64,000 nucleotides of DNA. Source: Eledone cirrhosa (lineage: Eukaryota). The DNA is taken from the NCBI GenBank assembly GCA_964016885.1, contig OZ024743.1, forward strand, positions 302,684,001-302,748,000, given 5' to 3'. Positions 12,780 to 25,972 of the stretch are shown in pieces. Positions within the stretch are counted from its first letter, which is position 1, and the number at the start of each line of letters is the position of its first letter. The position numbers and the translations under genes are program-made. The notes below the pieces were generated by a model. That model saw nothing but the letters and a program-made list of their open reading frames with translations, ran no database searches and had not been told where the DNA came from.

Positions 12780-14255
12780 GATAGAAGCCATATTATTTTG
12801 ACAATGATGATATTATAGTGTCTGCAAGGAGATCTCTACACTTTGTTGGAGGCAACGAATGGGTAAAATATTGCGGATCTAAGGGGGTATTTTGCTGTTA
12901 GCATAGCCTCAATTTTCTCAGCTGATGTATGTGATTTCGTTAGTATAATCATACAAAAAACATTTGGCGATGTTTCCTATCAGTACGCGTCGGCCTATAG
13001 AGTAATTACTTGATAGCGAACAATAGAATCAGAGAAGCCCTTCAGGATTGACATTATAAAAAAAGTTATAGATCTTTCGAGTTTAATATGATGTTAGACG
13101 CTATTTTAACCACTAAAATATTCCTAGATTTCACACAAGATCTGACTAATTCAAACCATGTTGGAAACTAAATGATAGATTACACTGCATGCAACTGGTA
13201 TCCAGCCAGTCCCCCTAAGTGTTCAAATATATACGCAATAATATAAGTTGACGCAATTTCAAACACTTATCTACCAGACAGATGTCCTAGTGACAAACGG
13301 CTTTAAAGTGCAAATTAGTTCCAACGCTATATCAAGCCTGAAAAAGATGCATAAAAGGGGAAACTCTTGAGCATATCATATTTCTGGCTGAACGTCAAAA
13401 CCAATAATATTTTATATGAATTGTGCAAATCCTACCACCACTGCGAGAAATCCGTCCATCGGAATAATAGGAGTTCTGCAACCAGGACTCATCTGGTTCG
13501 TACTATAGCACAGGTGGTACAACCGAATGATACTCATCAGACAGCGACCGAATTTGACTGGATATCGAGGGGGAAAAAATGAACTCTTTCGTGTGCTTCA
13601 TAAGGAAATATTATCTGAAAATAGCAGAGAATTGGAAAAAGAAGTTTCAGCATATTAGCAATAATAATTGTTTCTACTTTTGGCACAAGGCCAGCAATTA
13701 TCTAATTCTTCATATAATATATGTAATTCATATATATACATTATTATAACTCATAATATAGGTAAATAAATGTAAAGTTAAACTCTGGAATAATATTCCC
13801 CCAAACTAACGTACATACAAGCTCCACTTCCTTTTTCTTCTTTCCTACGCATACATACGCATATCATAATTATTTAATTTCTCCATAGCGTCTAAATTAA
13901 CGTTTTTTTTCAGCCCTTTACCACAACCTCATTTGCATACTCATCTTAACAATTTGAAATATCTGACTGTTCTTCTCTTATCCCTTCACTGTCCAAGGAA
14001 AACTTGAACCGTTAAGGTATTTTTCTTGGTTATGTCAACATTTATAAAAAAAATTCGTATTCTATCTGATGAAAGCGTACCCAAGTTTTGGTACAATTGA
14101 AATATATATAATAGAAACAATATGGTTTAATAAATATAGTTTCCATTTATTTAATATAATTGAATATTATACCCCAGAAAACTTGTCGAGTGCTCTGAAT
14201 TAGTTACAAACATTTATATTTGTTGAATTACCAACAGATTGAATATCCTTTTGCT
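12780..14255 (+). mobile_element. Decayed PLE: RT remnants plus pLTR with HHR, ending in (TA)n
   Basis: Remnants ARRSLHF..NEWVK, SADVCDFV, IFLDFT. The 3' end 14060-14230 is homologous to the pLTR end at 18431-18600. Confidence 0.55.
14060..14116 (+). ncRNA. Minimal type I hammerhead ribozyme
   Basis: TTCTAT-CTGATGA-AAGC GTACC caagtttt GGTAC AATT-GAAA-TATATA-TA-ATAGAA. Palindromic loop III; AUA cleavage after 14110. Confidence 0.8.
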
Positions 14256-14436
14256 TATATATATATATATATATATTTATACATTTTGAATATATCTTGG
14301 TTGTATACCAACACCTCTGTATGCAGATTGGAGGACTCGACGAAGTGCGCAGGTTGGTTTGGTTAATCCGGAGTATTGTAAAATAAAATAAAATAAAATA
14401 AATAAATCAAATGTTTAAAATTTGGTTTCGTTTATT

Positions 14437-14491
14437 ACTGCTATATATATTTCGGTGACAGCCATCTTTGGCTGTGACCTCTTCAGGCAGT
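14437..14491 (-). ncRNA. Minimal type I hammerhead ribozyme
   Basis: Reverse complement of 14696-14750. Confidence 0.85.
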
Positions 14492-14695
14492 CCGAATTAG
14501 CGTGGTAGAGACGGGTACACATGTTGTTGAGGTGTTTACCTTCGTCAATACTCTGATGTTCCCAGTTCCTAGTTGGGTTGTTATTTCACTGAGGAACTGG
14601 AAATAACAACCCAACCAGAAACTGGGCATATCAGAGTATTGACGAAGGTAAACACCTCAACAACATGTGTACCCGTCTCTACCACACTAATTCGG

Positions 14696-14750
14696 ACTGC
14701 CTGAAGAGGTCACAGCCAAAGATGGCTGTCACCGAAATATATATAGCAGT
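14696..14750 (+). ncRNA. Minimal type I hammerhead ribozyme
   Basis: ACTGC-CTGAAGA-GGTCACAGCC aaagat GGCTGTCACC-GAAA-TATATA-TA-GCAGT. Canonical core with G-C closing pair; cleavage after 14745. Confidence 0.88.
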
Positions 14751-14820
14751 AATAAACGAAGCCAAATGTTAAACATTTGATTTATTTATTTTATTTTATT
14801 TTATAAATATATATATATAC

Positions 14821-14903
<83 letters not shown>

Positions 14904-14913
14904 AATATATGTA

Positions 14914-15032
<119 letters not shown>

Positions 15033-15088
15033 TTATAAAATAAAATAAAATAAATAAATCAAATGTTTAACATTTGGCTTCGTTTATT

Positions 15089-15143
15089 ACTGCTATATAT
15101 ATTTCGGTGACAGCCATCTTTGGCTGTGACCTCTTCAGGCAGT
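15089..15143 (-). ncRNA. Minimal type I hammerhead ribozyme
   Basis: Reverse complement of 14696-14750. Confidence 0.85.
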
Positions 15144-15201
15144 CCGAATTAGTGTGGTAGAGACGGGTACACATGTTGTTGAGGTGTTTACCTTCGTCAA
15201 T

Positions 15202-15261
<60 letters not shown>

Positions 15262-15295
15262 ATAAATGGAAAACTATATTTATAAAACCATATTT

Positions 15296-15359
15296 ATTTC
15301 ATTATATATATTTCGGGGATAATATATTAACAATATGCTATGCCTTCATCAGACAAAAT
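15296..15359 (-). ncRNA. Minimal type I hammerhead ribozyme
   Basis: Inverted copy of 18431-18494. Confidence 0.7.
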
Positions 15360-16438
15360 ACAATATAAACAGTTTTATAGATAAATATATTCGACATACC
15401 GTAATAAACATCAACTTCATTTGAAGAGGTTTACGCTAGCAGTGAAAATACAGAGAGAAAGAAAGAGAGAAAGAAAAGAGGGAAAAAAAAGAAAGAAAGA
15501 CAAGACGAAGAAAAGGAAGAAAAAGAAGAAAAAGAAAAAGAAGAACTGCATGGGACAAAATAGAGAGATGGAAAAATAGATAAAGCGAAGAGCTTCATGT
15601 AAAGAGACAGAAAGATATATATATATATAGAGAGAGAGAGGAAATAGAGATAGATACATATATATATAGAGAAAATTAGGTAGTGGGAGGTCATTTTGAG
15701 TAAGTGTATCAATGATACATTTATTTATTTATTTATTTATATATTTATTTAGCCCAAGTATTAATGTAAGGGAGATATATAGAGAGATATAGAGAGATAT
15801 AGAGAGAGAAAAAAAAAATTTAAAAATAGCCAGACATATTCGAGGCGTAGAAAACCCCATGTTTTAATGTATTAGTATTTATAAAACTTACACTATATTG
15901 TAAATATCAGTATTCCTGAATGAAACAAGTATTCACAATGTGTGAAAATTCATTATCTTATGTTTAGTTTTAAAAAATTCACATGTTTATGTGACAGCTA
16001 CAAACATCAATGTGAATCCAACTGATTCACTCCGCAAACTCTAAATTACCGGAAAACATTCCTAATGTGGTATAAAAATTTGAGCGTATTATTATTCTTG
16101 CGATTACTCTACAAGATTATCTATCAAGCAGAAATAGAGAGAAAATTTCAATATACTAATCGAAAATATATATTATATTATAAACAAAGATAACAATAAT
16201 AATAATAATAAGTAAAAATGTACAAAAAATATAGAATAGAAAACTAAAAAAATATTACGAAAGAATATTACATAATAAAAATATTGCATATTAAAAATAC
16301 TACGTATTAAAAAATATTACGTATTAAAAATTTACATATAAAAATATTAAAAATAATTAAAAAATAAAAATATTATAGAATACTACAAATACTAAAAGAA
16401 TAAAAATAAAATATTAATAAAAACAAAATATTAATAGA

Positions 16439-16927
16439 ATAAATAATAGGAACTTAAAACCTACTGATAATAGCATAAATAATATACAAGTTAACAAATG
16501 TAACTGTCGAGATAGATCTAAATGTCCGTTAAATAACAACTGCTTAGTTAAAAATATAGTATACAATTGTAATGTTAATACTGACTCTAATTCTTTTAAC
16601 TACGTCGGTTCCACATCGACGGAATTTAAACTTCGCTATAATAACCACAAGAATTCTTTCACAGATCCAAATAAAAAATCTTCAACGGCACTATCAGGGG
16701 TACTCTGGCAACTTAAGCTAGATAACGTTAGATATTCGACGGCTTGGAATATAGTCTCAAGAGGGATTCCTTTTAATTCATCCTCTGAGACATGTGACCT
16801 CTGCGCAGAGGAGATATTCTTTATACTAAAATCTAAAAATTCCCTTAACCTACGGACAAATTTATTCAGTTGTTGCAAACATAGATTAAACTCAACGTTT
16901 AAATATAAATTTAAATTTAAAATGTAG
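16439..16927 (+). pseudogene. Uninterrupted PLE GIY-YIG endonuclease domain lacking start codon and RT (absent from ORF track)
   Basis: Hand translation: KCNCRDRSKCPLNNNCLVKNIVYNCNV..FNYVGSTSTEFKLRYNNHKNSF...TALSGVLWQLK...WNIV...CDLCAEEIFFIL...LNLRTNLFSCCKHR...M*. Confidence 0.9.
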
Positions 16928-18430
16928 TATGTTTAGTTTGATTTATATTTATATGAGAACTAGCCGATAAATCTTTTGATTCCTAAATCCTTGATTCCCT
17001 CTTTTTACTCTTTTTATTGTTTATTTTATTTTATTTATTTTTATTTTTATCTAAACATTCCTCATGAAAAATTAAGCTACCCTAAAAGCCGATGCTCCAA
17101 ATTTTTTTGAATTAACCTTACACTAGATAAACTTCTATATTAAATATAGGAACATATGTAGACATTATTGGACATCATAATCTTTTTGCGATATTCTTTG
17201 CTAGATGTGATTTGATAGATAATTTTTGGCTTTGTCTTGTAATGAACTTGGCAATATATTGTCAATTAACTTTGAAGGGTTGTTCTTTGTGGTTTATTTT
17301 TTATTTTCATTTTTATTTTTATTTTTATTTTTATTTTTATTTTTATTTTTATTTTTATTTTTATTTTTATTTTTATTCTTTTAGTATTGTAGTATTCTAT
17401 AATATTTTTATTTTTTTATTTTATTTTTTAATTATTTTTAATATTTTTATATGTAAATTTTTAATACGTAATATTTTTTAATACGTAGTATTTTTAATAT
17501 GCAATATTTTTATTATGTAATATTCTTTCGTAATATTTTTTTAGTTTTCTATCCTATATTTTTTGTATATTTTTACTTATTATTATTATTATTGTTATCT
17601 TTGTTTATAATATAATATATATTTTCGATTAGTATATTGAAATCTGCTCTCTATTTCTGCTTGATAGATAATCTTGTAGAGTAATCGCAAGAATAATAAT
17701 ACGCTCAAATTTTTATACCACATTGAGAATGTTTTCCGGTAATTTAGAGTTTGCGGAGTGAATCAGTTGGATTCACATTGATGTTTGTAGCTGTCACATA
17801 AACATGTGAATTTTTTAAAACTAAACATAAGATAATGAATTTTCACACATTGTGAATACTTGTTTCATTCAGGAATACTGATATTTACAATATAGTGTAA
17901 GTTTTATAAATACTAATACATTAAAACATGGGGTTTTCTACGCCTCGAATATGTCTGGCTATTTTTAAATTTTTTTTTTCTCTCTCTATATCTCTCTATA
18001 TCTCTCTATATATCTCCCTTACATTAATACTTGAGCTAAATAAATATATAAATAAATAAATAAATAAATAAATGTATCATTGATACACTTACTCAAAATG
18101 ACCTCCCACTACCTAATTTTCTATATATATATATGTATCTATCTCTATTTCCTCTCTCTCTATATATATATATCTCTTTCTGTCTCTTTACATGAAGCTC
18201 TTCGCTTTATCTATTTTTCCATCTCTCTATTTTGTCCCATGCATTTCTTCTTTTTCTTTTTCTTCTTTTTCTTCCTTTTCTTCGTCTTGTCTTTCTTTCT
18301 TTTTTTTCCCTCTTTTCTTTCTCTCTTTCTTTCTCTCTGTATTTTCACTGCTAGCGTAAACCTCTTCAAATGAAGTTGATGTTTATTACGGTATGTCGAA
18401 TATATTTATCTATAAAACTGTTTATATTGT

Positions 18431-18494
18431 ATTTTGTCTGATGAAGGCATAGCATATTGTTAATATGATATCCCCGAAATATATATAATGAAAT
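18431..18494 (+). ncRNA. Minimal type I hammerhead ribozyme
   Basis: ATTTTGT-CTGATGA-AGGCATAG CATATT gtt AATATG ATATCCCC-GAAA-TATATA-TA-ATGAAAT; stem I has two G.U pairs. Confidence 0.72.
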
Positions 18495-18623
18495 AAATAT
18501 GGTTTTATAAATATAGTTTTCCATTTATTTAATATTGTAAATATACTCCAAATATTTGACGAGTGCTTTTATATCAGTTATAAATATTTACTAGTTGTAA
18601 CCCAACAATTTTAAATATAACTT

Positions 18624-18769
<146 letters not shown>

Positions 18770-18792
18770 TACATATATATATATATATAGTT

Positions 18793-18911
18793 AGGGCGTG
18801 TGGCTGAGTGGTTAGACAATTGGATTCGCAATCCTAATGTTGTGAGTTAGATTCCTGGACCAGGCGATGCGTTATGTCCTTGAGCAAGACACTTTATTTC
18901 ACGTTGCTCCT
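18793..18911 (+). mobile_element. tRNA-derived SINE, 5' part (Octopus-like)
   Basis: A box TGGCTGAGTGG, B-box-like GAGTTAGATTCC, followed by the CORE-like TGTCCTTGAGCAAGACACTTTATTTCACGTTGCTCC. Confidence 0.8.
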
Positions 18912-19710
18912 TCTACCTGGAGTTGCGACCGATAGATAGTATTAGCAATTGGAAAGACCAGCGGAAACATTTTTCTCTCGGTCCGATTTGACGAAAGTCG
19001 ATCGTTCCAAAAAATATATATATATATAGAGAGAGAGGGGGGAGATAGAGAGCAGAAGAGAGATCAGAGAGACACAGGGAGTAAAAGAGTTAGACTCACA
19101 TTTTAGACCTGTATATATATATATATATATATTCATTATTTTGCTTCCACATTGACCTTTTACGTTCTACATTATGCACGTTTTTTTTCCTTTTTCTCCT
19201 TTTTCTTTTCACTTCATAAATCTTGTTTGTAAATATCATTATTGTTTCTGCACATTCTGTTTAACATGTGCGACACCACACTAATACATTTCACTATCAT
19301 TTGATAATGCATAAAGATGATGAAACCGGTAATTATCAATAATTAAATATATAAATAGATAAATAAATGCCATTGTTAAATAATCAATAAATCAACTAAA
19401 ACGTTAACACTTCACACAAAGTAAAACATTTCGATTTAATCATTTTCTATCCTAGAAAAAAGAGAGAGGGAAACAATAAAGGTGAAAACAAATATTTTTC
19501 TTCCTAATAATCGTCTCTTTCTCCTTGTTTTCATATATATATAGAGATAGATAGATAGATAGATATATTAAAGAGTTAAACAAGATTCAATGAGTACATC
19601 ATAGAATGAGTTTTGAGTAGATTGGAAGAACTCTACAGTTAAAAATACATTCCATAGTTATTAATATTAATTCAAAAATTAACAAAATAGATATTATTTT
19701 GATCAATTAA

Positions 19711-19776
19711 ATTTTATTATACATATTTCAGATGTAGTTGAATCAGGTTCAACAGGACATCCTCATCAGATAAAAT
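19711..19776 (-). ncRNA. Minimal type I hammerhead ribozyme
   Basis: Minus strand: ATTTTAT-CTGATGA-GGATGT cct GTTGAA cctga TTCAAC t ACATCT-GAAA-TATGTA-TA-ATAAAAT. Confidence 0.8.
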
Positions 19777-21963
19777 AAAATGATACATGACATACCCTGA
19801 CACGTTAGATGGTTAAGATTTAATCAAGGTAGTGATTTACTTACGAGAAAACTCAATATGCATACCCTAATAATGAGAACATGCGAAAACGTAATAGAAT
19901 CAATAGAGAGGGTGTGAGTAAGAGAAACATTGCTTTAATGTAACAATTATAGAGTTTTTAATGTCTGGAATACTACTGTAGGAAGACGTATTAGAAGTTA
20001 TACTTTTTTTTTTTAGTTTTTAGCTTGAGAATGTAACTGATAGATAATTAAAGAGAGGGAGAGATAAAGGGGAGTAATTTATGCACACATTTTATTCAGA
20101 CACATATAAACATGCATAGCCTCGGCAGTAAATTTCAAAATATTTAATTTATGTTATTTTAGAGTAAAGAATCAAAATGTTAGGTTTAAAAGTTGATGGT
20201 TATTTGTATTAATTTTATAAATTTTATGAATTTTATAAATGTGTTAAATTTCTAAAATTCAAAGTTTTATGAAAACAAATTTAAAGGATTTGCTAGGCCC
20301 GCGAAAGAAAAATGTATACTGTTCAATATTCTCACAAAGGTAATTTTTAACAAAATTACTTGTAAAAGTGTCAACATTTTCCGTATGTATAGTTTATGAA
20401 GTATTTACTGTTATAACTATCAAGGAATTTATTGTTAAATAGTTATAGTGTCTAAAGTATAATCATTAAACCAGAGTTTTCAGCCCTATATATATATAAA
20501 TATTTGTGCATTGATCATAATAAGAGGACTATCAATTATTATTTTTATTATTATTTGTTCATATATTATATTAAATCACTACATTAGTTCTACTTTCTAG
20601 GGAAGACTGAACTCTAATTATGATTATGTTATTATACAATATAAATATATTTTCACAAACTATATATGGAGTTATACCGAACTATAATTATGATTATGTT
20701 GTTATTTATACATTATAAACATATTTGCACAAAACTATATACAGAGATATACCGAACTATAATTATGATTATGTTATTATACAATATAAACATATTTGCA
20801 CAAACTACATATAGAGAGATATACTAAGTATTAATGAGACGGTACACATTTAGTAAAGGATAAACATCATAATCTTTGATAATTGATTCAATCATGCATA
20901 ACTATAAAATACATACATATATATACAAATGTAAACGCATGAATGATCCACAGTTCAAAATAAGGTGCGTAAAAATTTACAGGTTAGATAACTAAATTAT
21001 ATTTAAAACAGAGATAGAAAAATAAAAGTCTGGCTCATAGTTAATAATAGTTCTGTGCAAACATGTTTATAATGTATAACAACATAATCATAATTATAGT
21101 TCGGTATAACTCTATATATAGTTTGTGCAAATATATTTATATTGTATAACATAATCATAATTAGACTTCGGTCTTCCCTAGAAAGTAGAAATAATGTAGT
21201 GATTTAATATAATATATGAACAAATAATAAAAAATAATAATTTATAGTTCTCTTATTATGATCAATGCACACATATTTATATATATATATAGCTGAAAAC
21301 TCTGGTTTAATTATTATACTTTAGACACTATAACTATTTAACAATACGGAAAATGTTGACACTGTTACAAGTAATTTTGTTAAAGATTACCTTTGTGTGA
21401 ATATTGAACAGTGTATATTCTTATTTCGCAGGCCTAGTAAATCCTTTAAAATTGTTTTCATAAAACTTTGAATTTTAGAAATTTAACACATTTATAAAAT
21501 TAATAAAATTTATAAAATTAATACAAATAAGCATCAACTTTTAAACCTAAACTTTTGATTCTTTACTCTAAAATAACATAAATTAAATATTTTGAAATTT
21601 AACTGCCAATGCTATACATGTTTATATGTGTCCGAAAAAAATGTGTGCATAAATTACTCCCCTTTATCTCTCCCTCTCTTTAATTATCTATCAGTTGCAT
21701 TCTCAAGCTAAAAACTAAAGAAAAAAGTATAACTCCAGATACGTCTTCCTCTATAGTGCTACAGTAGTATTTCGGACTTTAAAATCTCTATAACTGTTAC
21801 ATTAAAGCAATGTTTCTCTTACTCACACCCTCTCTATTGATTCTATTACGTTTTCGCATGTTCTCATTATTAGGGTGTAAATATTGAGTTTTCTCTTAAG
21901 TAAATCACTACCTTGATTAAATCCTAACCATCTAACATGTCAGGGTATGTAATGTATCATTTT

Positions 21964-22029
21964 ATTTTATCTGATGAGGACGTACTGTTGAACCTGATTC
22001 AACTACCTCTGAAATATTTATAATACTAT
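21964..22029 (+). ncRNA. Hammerhead ribozyme, partly decayed copy
   Basis: CTGATGA...GAAA core intact at 21971-22014; stems I and II carry mismatches relative to 19711-19776. Confidence 0.6.
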
Positions 22030-22307
22030 TTAATTGATCAAAATAATATCTATTTTGTTAATTCTTGAATTAATATATATATATATATGTTGCATAAATG
22101 TGTATGCCTGAAGTGAGGAGATGACAGAATAAACCTAATCTTATACTATTTAATCGATGTGCTTTTCCGAACATGTTAAACTGTTGTAACCAGCAAAATG
22201 ACTGTCTATCTGCCTGTCCACGTTTCTTTATATATGCTCCTCATTTATTATTTTCCTCCCTCACTCTCCCTGTCTCTCTCTCTCTATCCTCCTCTCTCTC
22301 TATCCTC

Positions 22308-22388
<81 letters not shown>

Positions 22389-22395
22389 GTCTCTC

Positions 22396-22431
<36 letters not shown>

Positions 22432-25400
22432 AATATTACGTGTTTGAGTGTGTGTTGCATGTGTGACCTATCTGTGTGTGCGTGTGTTGTCTATGTGTTT
22501 GTATGTGTGTATATGTGTGTGTATAGTTTGAAATAACAACTGGAATATAATTTTATTCCCGATGAAATATAGCAAGAAATATATAATTCAATTAAAAAAA
22601 TAACATGTTCAAAATAAAATATTTTTCAAAGAATTTTACGAAGGGAAGCAATATTGTAGTTGATGGAAATTGAAATTATCTCAGGAATAGACTGCTGCGA
22701 AGAACTTGATCTGTGCTGCTGGCAAAAGAGTCTTATCTCCATTTGCTAATTGGATTTAATTTAGTTGCCTCGTCTGATATCTGTGTAGCGTTTGACGAGA
22801 TGTAAAAAAATACTCTAAGATGATAACTAAACCGAGAAACAAAACTGCGAATCCTCATCAATGTTTACAGTGAATGAAAAACAAATACAAGACTTTCAAC
22901 AAATAAGAAGATATAAAGCATATTTTACATGACAGAACTTTGACATTCTCCAATGCTATTGATTAATGCTATTTATTAGTTTGTGCTTGACGTTAATACA
23001 TTAACGTGAAACTGTGTCTATTGTTATTAGTGTACGCGTAAAGACGACTGTTTATACTTCCAAACAATTTTTTAAATATAATTTCTACTGAAATACTGGC
23101 GATAGATGATAATTGCGTAAGAAATTCGAAAAAAACCGTCTCAGCATCGATAATGTATCCCTGCATAGCATTCTGAACCAGATATTATTTTCTTTGCTTT
23201 TGCCTCATCTCCTTCACAACAGAATCACTAAAATAGTCTCCATTTCTTTTAATCGACTATTTTCTTTTCTTTAACCGTGTGGGTTTTTTTAATGAAATCA
23301 GTGGTTCACTAGCAATAATAAAATGACGACTTAAATGCATCTTCGCATCCAATGGCATCCTGATTTCAAGCTTTACGTAGGTTTTGTGATTTTGTACATA
23401 TACAATAAGTGTCAATTGTGTAATGATTACATGCAAAACATCCCAGCAATATTTTTAATAATTATTTTCACCTATTAAAGAAGTAAAATGAATGGTTATC
23501 TAAGTTTTGCGCACAATTCTTTAGATTTTGAATCTCGATCGTGTTTATGTAGATATTCAGTTCATTTTCGTAGGTAGAAAATATCAGCAGCAATCAAGTG
23601 TCGAATCTGAGTCTATCGGTTGTAATGTTTTCTTCATTCACTAAGCTAGAAATTGCAGGAGAATTTGAGCCCCAGCCTGAAAATCACGGAGTTGTTCAAG
23701 AACGATATATAAACTTTGTATATCGTCACCTTTCAGATATTTTGTATTGACCTATATATTTTCCCATGTATATAAAGCCACATATTATCTACCATAGTGA
23801 TATCTTTTTTTTGTGGATTGAGGGACAGATCATTCATTATTTAAGCACATTGAGTGATCGTAGTACGTCACGTGGCTTTCTGATATCGGCTCCATTTATG
23901 GTTTCTAAATTAATCATTTTTCTTCTCTTCTGTTTCATATTTTACTAATGCTAATATCACATACACCATAATTCCCACATTGTTTCGTCGTGTGATAGAA
24001 TTGTCCATTAATAAGTTGAGAAAACAAAGTGTATCTAAATGAAATAAGGTTCGCTTTTTACACCTTTTAGTGACACGTTTCATTCGATTCTAGCTATGCC
24101 TGTGCATAACATTCTAAAGACCAGATATTCCAGGTACCGGTTTATGACTGGTACATATGTTATACACATATAGATATAGATATAACTAACTGGAATACGA
24201 AATTGCTTAAGTATAAATGCATGCATTTGCTTTGAGAATTTCCCGAAGATAATTCTGTCTTTCATTTGAACATATTAGTTTAATGTGTATGAATGGCTCC
24301 CGGTCTGTTACCGTTTCCTAATATAATATTTATAAGTCTGAGATGCATATATTTTGCATATGGCTCTATTTTCCCACCGAGCGGAGTCACAAATATATAA
24401 GCACGAGTAACCTGAATGTGTACAGTTTTCGTCAGTCCATATGTAACTATCTTAATAATATTAACTATTATAATAATATAACTATCTTAATAATATCCTT
24501 TATTCACGTACAGCAGGAGTATATAATATTCATATTTTTCTATTATATCAGGATGTACGGGAGACAACTCCATGATTTACTAGGGCCATTATGATCTCAC
24601 TAACATAACATAAATTACAATATACTTGTCGAATCCTGATGGGGAAAACAGAAACTTAAAATATGCTAATATACATTAGTCACATAGAATACAATTGTTC
24701 ATACATGATTAACCAAGAGGTGATCTATATAAAATGATATTTAGTTTATTATTTGCACACTTTAATTAAGGAGTATTAAACAAAAAAAAAACAATTACCT
24801 GTCACTTGTTGACACTAACTTAACAATTTTCCACATTGAGATGACGTCTCTGAGTAATCTCTTGTCTCAAGAATTATATTAGATAGCAAATTGCATCAAC
24901 ATTCAAAGCAGTTAAAGCTGAGATAATGTTAACCTATTAAAGAAAATGACATTAGTAAATCAAGAAAACATAATTGTATGGTGAAGCAGTACGATACAAA
25001 ACGATATCATTCGATTTACTATTTCACTTGTACTTCTGTTGCGTTCATGTATATCTAATGGAAATTCATATAAATGCATATACACTCACACTCACACGCA
25101 CACTCATACAACCGCACACGTACACACACACACATAATTGCACACACACACATATTCATATATATATATACGATTTCAACACATATGTGTATATATCTGT
25201 GTTTCTTTCTCTTTTATATTCAATTATAATATATGCCTCGGAAAAATCTCTTTCCTTGAGCTATTTAAGTGTAAAAGACTATTTTGAGGTTCTAACGCAA
25301 AATATACCTTTGATATATTCGGCCCCGTCAATTTGTTGAGCTAACTTAAATGTCGAGTACACTTGGCTGCTATTTTTAGTAGCATACGGTTGTGAAACAC

Positions 25401-25848
25401 GCTGGGTATTGATGCCATGAACGTTATTTTATATACGCACAATATTCAGTCTTTTGAGATATTAGAAGTGAAGAGTTTACTAATTTTACACTCTTTGATG
25501 AGCAAAGAATTGGTAATCTTCTCCACTTAAATTGAGAAACAGATCCACCAAAAGCTGTATAGGTATCTGTTAGTTACCCCATATCGCTTTGTATTTATTT
25601 TATTGATTTATTCTTGTGATTTGAGTCTGGCAATTCCTATTGGTTATAGTCAGTATGTGTTTAACCCTAGCGAACCTGGCCCCTTACCATTTGAACACAT
25701 ATATGTATATATCTGTGTTTATTTCTCTTTTATATTCAATTATATAAAGACATACGCGCAAACGTTCACATATATTGGGTATAGCGTGAGAAAGAAATTT
25801 TGCGAATGAAAGATAGGAAAAAAAAAGAGAGAGATAGCGAGAGAGAGA

Positions 25849-25972
<124 letters not shown>

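Larger units (their letters stand above)
19665..22075. mobile_element. 2.4-kb non-coding fold-back element: ~1.05-kb inverted arms, HHR near each outer end, internal ~65-bp tandem repeats
   Basis: 19665-~20738 versus ~21047-22075 are reverse complements with scattered substitutions and indels; spacer ~300 bp; no ORF. Confidence 0.88.

Noticed and set aside
18793-18870. Possible tRNA gene
   Set aside because: The A and B boxes continue into SINE body sequence and no proper cloverleaf or acceptor stem is evident.
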